Part shown: in pieces, positions 42,657 to 50,541 of the stretch
Layout of the letters: each line of letters opens with the position of its first letter
How positions within the stretch are numbered: the stretch's first letter is position 1
Assembly: GCA_040219255.1 (NCBI GenBank)
Contig: JAVJSW010000037.1
Coordinates: forward strand, 188,422 to 252,421
Direction of reading: 5' to 3'
DNA length: 64,000 nt
From: Sumerlaeia bacterium
GTDB lineage: Bacteria; Sumerlaeota; Sumerlaeia; SLMS01; JAHLLQ01
The notes under the pieces: model-generated
The model's input: only the letters and a program-made list of their open reading frames with translations
Database searches by the model: none
What the model was told of the DNA's origin: nothing
Translations under genes and position numbers: made by a program

Positions 42657-43495
42657 GACCCCACTCATTGATTTTGCTGGCGCTCCTGTTGGCCTCCTTC
42701 GCCGCTCCAGGCTTTACCCAGGACGTACCGGACGGTCCCGAAGCGCAGGTGCTGAAGGAAGCGGCCTACGAGCAGAACCTCGGCGCCAGCTTGCCAGAAC
42801 GCACCACCTTCATCGACCACGAAGGGCAACTCGTCCAATTGCCCGCCCTGATCGGCGACCGCCCCGCCATTGTGGTCCTTGGTTACTACGAATGCCCGAT
42901 GCTGTGCTCATTGGTGCATGATGGACTCTTGAACGCGATCCGTCCTATGGAGATGGAAGCAGGGCGCGATTACAGCCTCATCTCCGTCAGCATTTCGCCC
43001 GAGGAAGACGCCACCCTGGCCGCGCGTCAGCGCCAGACCTTCGTGCAGCGCTATGGCCGGGGCGACGGCTCGGCGATTCACTTCCTCACCGGCTCGCGTC
43101 AGTCCATCAGCCGCCTCGCCAGCACCGCCGGGTTCCGCTTCGCCCGCGATCCGCGAACGGGCCTTTACTCGCACGCGGCCGGGTTCTTCGTGGTGACGCC
43201 GGACGAGACGATTTCGCGCTATTTCCTGGGGTTGGAGTATGACAGCGTCGAGCTGGAGCAAGCCCTCCTGACTGCCCAGGAGGGCGAAACTGGCGGTTTG
43301 GTCGAGGCGATCCTGCTTCGGTGCTTCCACTACGACCCGCGCCAGGGCAAATACGGCGGCCTCGTGATGGCGGGCCTGAGGGGCGGCGCGGTTCTGACCT
43401 TGCTGGCGTTGGGGATTACCATGGTCCTCGTCAGCCGCCGCCGCCGGGCGTCGCACGCCTCGTCTGCCGCGAAGGAGGCGTCCGCCACGCGATGA
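42653..43495 (+). CDS. SCO family copper chaperone
   Basis: YYECPMLC (CxxxC), conserved His (YSHAAG) and CFHYDP. Confidence 0.9.
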   Translation: MRPHSLILLALLLASFAAPGFTQDVPDGPEAQVLKEAAYEQNLGASLPERTTFIDHEGQLVQLPALIGDRPAIVVLGYYECPMLCSLVHDGLLNAIRPMEMEAGRDYSLISVSISPEEDATLAARQRQTFVQRYGRGDGSAIHFLTGSRQSISRLASTAGFRFARDPRTGLYSHAAGFFVVTPDETISRYFLGLEYDSVELEQALLTAQEGETGGLVEAILLRCFHYDPRQGKYGGLVMAGLRGGAVLTLLALGITMVLVSRRRRASHASSAAKEASATR

Positions 43496-44442
43496 ACGAA
43501 TTCCGCCTCTTTCCCGAAGACGCCTCGACCATGGCCGGCGAGATCGACGCCGTCTATTTCGCCATGATCGGTTTCAGCGCGTTTTTCACCGTGCTGATTG
43601 TCGCGGCCATCACCTTCTTCGCCATCCGCTACCGCCGGGGCTCGAAGGCCTCGCGCGCGAACCGCGTCAACAGCAGCGTCTTTGTCGAAGTGACCTGGAT
43701 TCTCCTGCCCGCGACGGCGCTCTTCGCGATCTTCTTCTGGGCCTGCGCCGTCTTTCTCGATGTCAACCGCATGCCCGAGGACGCGCTGCCGGTTTACGTG
43801 GTGGGCAAGCAGTGGATGTGGAAGTTCCAGCATCCCTCCGGCGCCCGCGAAATCAACGATCTGCATGTGCCCGCGGGGCGGCCCGTGGTGCTGACGATGA
43901 CCAGCCAGGACGTGATCCACAGCCTCTATTTCCCCGCGTTTCGCGTGAAACAGGACGTCCTTCCAGCGCGCTACACGCGGCTCTGGTTCGAGGCCGACGT
44001 GCCCGGCGAATACCACCTGCTCTGCGCGGAATACTGCGGCACCAGCCACTCGCGCATGGGCGGCCGCATCATCGTCCTCGAGCCCGAGGAGTACAGCCGC
44101 TGGGCCGAGCTGCAAGCAGCGGATGAGACCCTGGCGGCGCGGGGCTTAGCCCTCTTCAACCAGCACGGCTGCGCCGGTTGCCACGGCACAAACGCCAACT
44201 ACAACGCCCCGCGTCTCGAGGGCCTCTTTGGCCGCGAAGTGACCCTGCAGGATGGAGACTCCATCGTGGCCGACATGGGTTACATTCGGGACTCGATCCT
44301 GCTGCCCAAGAAAAACGTCGTCGCGGGTTACAAGCCCATCATGCCTTCCTTTGAAGGCCAACTCAGCGAGGAGGACATTTTCGCGTTGATTGCCTGGATT
44401 CGTTCGACTTCCGCAGAAACCGAGGAGGTCGCCGCACCGTGA
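43492..44442 (+). CDS. coxB: Cytochrome c oxidase subunit II with fused cytochrome c (caa3-type)
   Basis: [22 protein letters not shown] (CuA) and C-terminal CAGCH..MP. Confidence 0.95.
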   Translation: MNEFRLFPEDASTMAGEIDAVYFAMIGFSAFFTVLIVAAITFFAIRYRRGSKASRANRVNSSVFVEVTWILLPATALFAIFFWACAVFLDVNRMPEDALPVYVVGKQWMWKFQHPSGAREINDLHVPAGRPVVLTMTSQDVIHSLYFPAFRVKQDVLPARYTRLWFEADVPGEYHLLCAEYCGTSHSRMGGRIIVLEPEEYSRWAELQAADETLAARGLALFNQHGCAGCHGTNANYNAPRLEGLFGREVTLQDGDSIVADMGYIRDSILLPKKNVVAGYKPIMPSFEGQLSEEDIFALIAWIRSTSAETEEVAAP

Positions 44443-46085
44443 CAACCGCCCATCCGCAAGCCGGAGCCCACGGCCCGCCAGGCCCCGCCGAATCCAATTA
44501 TCTGACGGATGGTACGGGCCTGAAATCCTGGCTGTTCACCACGGATCATAAACGGATCGCCATTCTCTATCTGTTTTCCATCACGTTTTTCTTTTTCCTC
44601 GGCGGCATCGCCGCTCTCATGATCCGTCTCGAGCTGCTGACGCCCATCGGCGATTTGATGGAAAGCGACACCTACAACCGCATGTTCACCATACATGGGG
44701 TCATCATGGTCTGGTTCTTTCTCGTTCCTTCGATACCTACGGTGATGGGGAACTTTCTCGTTCCACTGATGCTCGGGGCGAAGGACCTGGCCTTTCCAAA
44801 GCTCAACCTGGCCAGTTGGTGGGTCTTTATGATCGGCGGCCTGCTCACTTTCTTCGTCATTCTGCTGGGCGGAGTCGATACCGGTTGGACCTTCTACACG
44901 CCGTTCAGCAGCACCTACGCGAACAGCGCGGTGACTCTGATGGCGACCGCGATTTTCATCGCGGGGTTCTCTTCTATATTTACAGGAATAAACTTTATTG
45001 TCTCCATCCATAAACTGCGGGCGCCGGGAATGACGTGGTTCAAGATGCCACTCTTCTTGTGGGCTATCTATGCCACATCGCTCATCATCGTTCTGGCTAC
45101 CCCGGTGCTATCGATCGCCTTGCTGCTCATCGCCGTGGAACGGGTTTTCGGGATCGGTGTTTTCGACCCGGCGCTGGGTGGCGACCCGTTGCTCTATCAG
45201 CATCTTTTCTGGTTCTATTCCCACCCTGCGGTCTACATCATGATCCTTCCAGGCTTGGGAGTCGTCAGCGAACTCATCGCCTGCTTCTCGCGCAAACCGA
45301 TCTTCGGCTACAAGGCCGTGGCCTTTGCCAGTATGGGGATTGCGCTGGTGGGCTTCCTGGTCTGGGGGCACCACATGTTCGTCTCGGGCCAGAGCGTGTA
45401 CGCCAGCCAAGTCTTCGCCTTTCTCAGCATCCTCGTCGCCATTCCCTCCGCCATCAAAATTTTCAATTGGACCGCCACCCTTTACAAAGGCTCCATCGGA
45501 TTCGAGACGCCGATGCTCTATGCCTTGGGCTTTATCGGCCTCTTTCTGTTTGGCGGACTCACCGGTCTTTTTCTCGCCACCATCGCCATCGACGTACACG
45601 TCCACGATACTTATTTTATCATCGGCCATTTCCATTACATCATGGTTGGCGGCATGGTGACCGCCTATATGGGGGCGATTCATTTCTGGTGGCCAAAGGC
45701 GACCGGGAAGCTCTATCCGGAATGGGCCGGTAAGATTTCCGCACTGACGATTTTCCTGGGCTTCAACCTCACGTTCTTTCCTCATTTCGTCGTCGGCTAT
45801 CTGGGGATGCCGAGACGCTATCACGAATATCCGCCGGAGTTCCAGATTTTCAACGTCCTTTCCACAGCTGGGTCGACGATTCTTGCTGTCGGTTATCTCT
45901 TTCCTCTGGTTTATCTGGCTTGGGCCTATAAATTCGGCAAACCGGCGCCTTCCAATCCCTGGCATGCCACCGGCCTTGAATGGCAAACGCCATCACCTCC
46001 ACCCAAGCACAACTTCCATGAAATCCCCGTCGTAACGGAAAAACCCTATGCCTATACGGCTCCGGAGGAGGAGGACAAATCATGA
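44439..46085 (+). CDS. coxA: Cytochrome c oxidase subunit I (A2-type, YS motif)
   Basis: [49 protein letters not shown] and GMPRRY. Confidence 0.97.
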   Translation: MTTAHPQAGAHGPPGPAESNYLTDGTGLKSWLFTTDHKRIAILYLFSITFFFFLGGIAALMIRLELLTPIGDLMESDTYNRMFTIHGVIMVWFFLVPSIPTVMGNFLVPLMLGAKDLAFPKLNLASWWVFMIGGLLTFFVILLGGVDTGWTFYTPFSSTYANSAVTLMATAIFIAGFSSIFTGINFIVSIHKLRAPGMTWFKMPLFLWAIYATSLIIVLATPVLSIALLLIAVERVFGIGVFDPALGGDPLLYQHLFWFYSHPAVYIMILPGLGVVSELIACFSRKPIFGYKAVAFASMGIALVGFLVWGHHMFVSGQSVYASQVFAFLSILVAIPSAIKIFNWTATLYKGSIGFETPMLYALGFIGLFLFGGLTGLFLATIAIDVHVHDTYFIIGHFHYIMVGGMVTAYMGAIHFWWPKATGKLYPEWAGKISALTIFLGFNLTFFPHFVVGYLGMPRRYHEYPPEFQIFNVLSTAGSTILAVGYLFPLVYLAWAYKFGKPAPSNPWHATGLEWQTPSPPPKHNFHEIPVVTEKPYAYTAPEEEDKS

Positions 46086-46735
46086 GCGCCGCCACTCCGG
46101 CCAGCCAACGCTCCCTCGCCGAACACTTCGTCGAAGTGCGCCAACAGGAAGAAGCCCGCACCATCGGCATGTGGGTTTACCTGGGGACCGAAATCCTGCT
46201 CTTCGGCGGCATCTTCGGCGCCTGGGCCGTCTATCGATATCAACATGGTGAAGCATGGCGTGAAGCTGCCCACCACATGGATTTGTGGCTCGGCGCCATC
46301 AATACGGCGGTTCTCCTCTTGAGCAGCCTCACCATGGCGCTGGCGGTTCATGCGGCGCACGCTTTGCAAAAAAAGTGGACGCTCCTCTTCGTCCTCGCAA
46401 CCGTAAGTCTAGGGACGCTATTTCTCGGAATAAAGGCCTACGAGTACATGCAGGAAATCCATCATGGCCTCGCTCCCTTCGCCGCGCCGATCCCTGTGCG
46501 GCAAGCCTTTACCCCTGCCACCGAACTCTACATGAACCTCTATTTTGCCGCCACTGGACTGCACGCCTTCCACTTGATTTCGGCAATCGCTTTGTTGGGA
46601 GGTTTCATCCTGTGGATATTGAAGTCAGGACTTTCCGCCGATCGCGCAGCCACCTTGGAAATCCTCGGTCTGTTCTGGCACCTGGTCGATGTGGTTTGGA
46701 TCATTCTTTATCCCATGCTTTATTTGACGAGATAG
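46082..46735 (+). CDS. coxC: Cytochrome c oxidase subunit III
   Basis: [34 protein letters not shown] and [11 protein letters not shown]. Confidence 0.93.
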   Translation: MSAATPASQRSLAEHFVEVRQQEEARTIGMWVYLGTEILLFGGIFGAWAVYRYQHGEAWREAAHHMDLWLGAINTAVLLLSSLTMALAVHAAHALQKKWTLLFVLATVSLGTLFLGIKAYEYMQEIHHGLAPFAAPIPVRQAFTPATELYMNLYFAATGLHAFHLISAIALLGGFILWILKSGLSADRAATLEILGLFWHLVDVVWIILYPMLYLTR

Positions 46736-46748
46736 ATTCGAGGCGTCC

Positions 46749-47090
46749 ATGGCTCATCAGGAATTCCATCCCTTTCTCAAAAGCTACCTCAAGACCGGCG
46801 CCGCTCTCTTCGTTCTTTTGGGAGCAACCGTCGGGGCCTCCTTCCTGCCCCTGGGCGGTTTCGCGTTGCCCGTCGCCGCCGCCATCGCGTTCGTCAAAGT
46901 GTACATCGTCATGTGGGTCTTCATGCACGTCCGCAAGGAGTCGAAACTCGTCTGGGTCTTTTCCGCCGGGGCCTTTCTTTGGCTCGCCGTCCTGTTCGTG
47001 CTGACCATGGCGGACTATGTGACGCGGGCCGAAATCCCGAAAGACGAATGGAAAACCGACAGCCATGCCGCCGAGAAGGCCCTGCAGTAA
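46749..47090 (+). CDS. Cytochrome c oxidase subunit IV family protein
   Basis: Three TMs, IAFVK..FMHV and DY.TR. Confidence 0.85.
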   Translation: MAHQEFHPFLKSYLKTGAALFVLLGATVGASFLPLGGFALPVAAAIAFVKVYIVMWVFMHVRKESKLVWVFSAGAFLWLAVLFVLTMADYVTRAEIPKDEWKTDSHAAEKALQ

Positions 47091-47101
47091 GTTCAATCCG
47101 C

Positions 47102-47830
47102 TCAGCCCATCCGCCCCCGTAGATGGCGCGCGCGCCGCCGCGTCACGGTTTCGCTGTGCCCACCCTTCAGGCGCAGTTCCAATCCCCCTTCCTCCTTCGC
47201 CGAATAGGCTTCGATGGCGCCCAGGTTCACGATCGCCTGGCGGCTGACGCGAAAAAACGTGCCGGCCGGCACCCGCTCCTCTAACTCCTGCAACGACAAT
47301 CCGCAGGTCAGGCTTTCTCCATCGTCGCGGATGACGAACACGACGCCTTCCTCGATGCGCGCGCAAACGACGCGCGCCGCCGGGACGAACTCCATCTCCA
47401 ATCCGTTTTCGCAGGCGATGCGGCAAGCCTCGCCCTCCGGCCGGGTCTCCCCGCCGCGCGGCATGAGGGTCCGCCGGGCGCGGTCCAGCGCCTTGCCCAG
47501 CCGCTCCGAGCTGTACGGCTTCAGCAGATAATCCACCGCCTCCAACTCGAACGCCCGCACCGCGTGCTCGTCATAGGCGGTCGAGAAGATCACCGCTGGC
47601 GGATCGTCCAGCGCCTGCAAGACGCGAAACCCGTCGATGTCGGGCATGTTGATATCGAGCAGCACCACGTCGGGCTGCGTTTTCTCGATCAACGTCAGCG
47701 CCTCACGGCCGTTCGCCGCTTCGCCCAGCAATTCCGTACCGCCCGTCTTCTCCAGAAGGCGGCGCAGGCGCTCGCGGGCCAACGGTTCGTCGTCCACCAG
47801 AACCACTCTCAGAACGATCTGGGCGCTCAT
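47102..47830 (-). CDS. LytTR-family response regulator (AlgR-like)
   Basis: VDDEPLARERL, LDINMP, TAYDEHAVRAFE..DYLLKP and FFRVSRQAIVN; ATG at 47830 overlaps the kinase stop. Confidence 0.92.
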   Translation of the reverse strand: MSAQIVLRVVLVDDEPLARERLRRLLEKTGGTELLGEAANGREALTLIEKTQPDVVLLDINMPDIDGFRVLQALDDPPAVIFSTAYDEHAVRAFELEAVDYLLKPYSSERLGKALDRARRTLMPRGGETRPEGEACRIACENGLEMEFVPAARVVCARIEEGVVFVIRDDGESLTCGLSLQELEERVPAGTFFRVSRQAIVNLGAIEAYSAKEEGGLELRLKGGHSETVTRRRARHLRGRMG

Positions 47831-49068
47831 GGGCGCACCCCCGCTTTGGGCCTGGGAAAGGCTCCCCCCGCCGCCGCCGTCGTGGCTGCCACGCGGGGCA
47901 TGTCCGGGGGCTCCATCACGCATGGAACACGCATCCGGGCCCAGCCCGCCGGGATGTGCGGAGCAATCCGGATTTCCAGGCTCGCTTCGGCGCCAAAGAG
48001 CAGCCGCAGCCGCGTCGCGATGTTCTGCACCGCGTGTCCGGGCGGACTCTCCGCCGGTTCCATCGTGTCCCAATCCAGCCGATGAAACGCACAGGACGGC
48101 GCGTTGACAATCTCCAACTCCAGGTGCTCGCCCGCCAGCACCGCGGCCAGCCGCACTTCGTATTGGCGTTCGCTGCGCCCCACCCCGTGGCGGAACGCGT
48201 TTTCGATGAGCGGCTGAATGCTCATGCTGGCCAGCCGGCAGGTCATCGCTTCTCCGTCCACATCAAAGCTCAGGCGGGTGCGCCGGCCATGGCGCAGCAA
48301 CTCCAACTGCGCGTAGGAATTGGCGATGCTCAGCTCCTGATCCAGCGTCGCCGTCATCGGCTGATCGCGCATCAGGGCGGGCCGCATCGCCGTCGCCAAC
48401 AACTCCACGGCCCGCTCCGCGTCATCGGGCCGGGTCGGGATCAGCGCCGCGATCGTGTTCAGGGCGTTGAAGAAAAAGTGGGGGTTGATCTGGGCCCGCA
48501 GGGCAATCATCCGCGCTTCCTCGGCCAGCCGTTCCTGACGCCGCTCGCGCGCGTCCGCCGTGCGGCCGTAACGGGAACCCAATTCCCCCAGCGCGATGCA
48601 GAACCCGGTCGGCCCAAAGGCCAACCCCCAGACCACATGGCGGCTGTAATCGGCCAGGTTCGCCGCCGTTTGCGCCGGCCCGATCAGCACCAGCGACGGC
48701 AGCACGAGGCACAGCCAGAACACGCCGATCCCAACCGCCTGGGCGAAGACGAAATTGAGAAGGAGGAACCATCCCTGGGGCTCCATCCCCAGCGGATAGA
48801 ATCGGGTCCGCCACGGAATGACGCTCAGGAACCCGATCGCCAGCGCGAACAGCAGCGATATGGAAAACTGAAACAGCATCATCTCGCCCCGCGCCAGCAC
48901 CGACACCGTGATCCCGTAGCAGAGCCCGAAGGCCAGCGAGATCGTCAGTCGCGTCTGGTCCGACCACGCCCGCAGCAGACTGCACTTCGCCGCGTGCCCC
49001 AGGGCCAATTGGCGGCGCCCCAGCATCCCCGTCAATTCGCGCATGTTGTCGGTAAAAGACCGTTCCAC
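47827..49068 (-). CDS. LytS/FimS(AlgZ)-type membrane sensor histidine kinase
   Basis: About four TMs, LRAQINPHFFFNALNTI and IQPLIENAFRHG; GTG start at 49068 with GGAGG RBS. Confidence 0.9.
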   Translation of the reverse strand: MERSFTDNMRELTGMLGRRQLALGHAAKCSLLRAWSDQTRLTISLAFGLCYGITVSVLARGEMMLFQFSISLLFALAIGFLSVIPWRTRFYPLGMEPQGWFLLLNFVFAQAVGIGVFWLCLVLPSLVLIGPAQTAANLADYSRHVVWGLAFGPTGFCIALGELGSRYGRTADARERRQERLAEEARMIALRAQINPHFFFNALNTIAALIPTRPDDAERAVELLATAMRPALMRDQPMTATLDQELSIANSYAQLELLRHGRRTRLSFDVDGEAMTCRLASMSIQPLIENAFRHGVGRSERQYEVRLAAVLAGEHLELEIVNAPSCAFHRLDWDTMEPAESPPGHAVQNIATRLRLLFGAEASLEIRIAPHIPAGWARMRVPCVMEPPDMPRVAATTAAAGGAFPRPKAGVRP

Positions 49069-49257
49069 GATGTACCCCTCCTGTTCGAATGCAGAAGGCC
49101 GATCTTGGACGAAGCACTCCACTCTGGCAAGAGCCCGCCATCCGAACGGTCGCCACAGCATGCTGAACGGTCCGGGGCCGGGCCTCAAGCTCCATTCGGG
49201 CCGCTCACCGCCCCCGCGCGCCCGTTCGATTCGCTCCCGGCCAACCGGCGTCCGCTC
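49060..49257. promoter_or_regulatory. Array of LytTR/AlgR-like CCG(T/C)TC boxes in 21-bp-spaced pairs
   Basis: Pairs at 49060/49081 (CCGTTC/CTGTTC), 49144/49165 (GAACGGTC twice, minus orientation), 49201/49222 (CCGCTC/CCGTTC) and 49231/49252 (TCGCTC/CCGCTC). Confidence 0.7.
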
Positions 49258-49358
49258 GCCGGCCAGCCTCTTTTCAAACGAAACCTCCTCTGCTTTATCT
49301 CGTCCTGTCGCGGCGCACCACATCCGCCGCTGCAACACTCGACCCGGAGGAATCTCCC

Positions 49359-49859
49359 ATGAACGCCAAGTCCACCCTCGTCACCCTCGGAGCCCTCGTC
49401 CTCTTCGGCGCCGCCACCTACGGAATCGTCAGCGAACCCGTCAAACCCGCCACGCAGGACACACAAGCCGCCGCGCAAGCGAACGATGAAATCGCCGAAC
49501 GCACCTCCGCCGCGCAGGCCGCCATGGCCCGTATCGACCAAACCGCCAACTGGCCCGCCGATCCCAAGCAACTCGTCCTTCAGTTCTGGGAAGCCGCCAG
49601 CCGCAAGGACTTCGACGCCATGGTGACCATGTGCCCCGGCGCCAAGGCCGGCGATTTCGAGCCCTACTACGGCAAGTGGGTTCCCAAACCCGCCACCGCC
49701 GTCGGCGATCCCGAACCGCACCCCACCGAACCCGGCATCTTACTCTATCCCGCCAAGGTCCCCTTCCCTGGCTTCCCGAACAAAACCATCAAGCTCGCCG
49801 TCGTCCCCGGCCCCAACAACCGCCCCATCATCGATGGCCGCTACTCGATCTGGTGGTAA
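49359..49859 (+). CDS. Exported hypothetical protein
   Basis: GGAGG RBS and N-terminal signal/anchor; strong GC3 codon bias; ends in YSIWW. Confidence 0.8.
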   Translation: MNAKSTLVTLGALVLFGAATYGIVSEPVKPATQDTQAAAQANDEIAERTSAAQAAMARIDQTANWPADPKQLVLQFWEAASRKDFDAMVTMCPGAKAGDFEPYYGKWVPKPATAVGDPEPHPTEPGILLYPAKVPFPGFPNKTIKLAVVPGPNNRPIIDGRYSIWW

Positions 49860-49899
49860 CCCTTCAACCCCTCTCCTCAGCCCAACACGGAGCACCCCC

Positions 49900-50433
49900 A
49901 TGACCAAGCGCGCCTTCACCCTCATCGAACTCCTCATCGTCGTGGCCATCATCGCCATTCTCGCCGCAATCGCGACGGTCAATCTCCAGAACGCCCAGGT
50001 CCGCGGCAAACTCGCCCGCGCCCACAGCGACATCCGGACACTCCACGGAGCCATGGCCGCCTACCGCACCGACCACGGAGCCTACCCGCCCGCCGCCATC
50101 GCGGACCTCACCCTCTTCGAACCGCTCACGGTCCTCACCAGCCCCGTCGCCTACCTGACTTCCATCCCCCGCGATCCCTTCGGGCCCGCCAGCTACGACT
50201 TCAACCCCACCGGGTTCCAATACTGGGGCTACAACTACAAGGACGCTGCCACCACCAGCGATGGCCTGCCCGGAGAAACCTACGGCTATATCTGGGATGA
50301 ACTGCCCAATGTCGCTTACATGATTCACTCGGCGGGCCCCAATCAAATCTGGGACGTCACCCCCTATGTCGAGTATGACGCAACAAACGGATTGGTCAGC
50401 GTCGGCGACATCGCTCGCTTTGAGCCTGAATAA
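49900..50433 (+). CDS. Prepilin-type N-terminal cleavage/methylation protein (type IV pilin/GspG-like)
   Basis: MTKRA|FTLIELLIVVAIIAILAAIA; LTSPVAYLTSIPRDPF, SAGPN and YDATNGLVSVGDI. Confidence 0.92.
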   Translation: MTKRAFTLIELLIVVAIIAILAAIATVNLQNAQVRGKLARAHSDIRTLHGAMAAYRTDHGAYPPAAIADLTLFEPLTVLTSPVAYLTSIPRDPFGPASYDFNPTGFQYWGYNYKDAATTSDGLPGETYGYIWDELPNVAYMIHSAGPNQIWDVTPYVEYDATNGLVSVGDIARFEPE

Positions 50434-50541
50434 AAGGCGAGGTCGGATCGATCGTCACCGAGTTTGCTTGACAGCTTCAACAATCCCCGTTTGCCTTCCC
50501 CCGTCCAATTGGATCGCAAACGACTTCCGGAGGTCTCAGGC

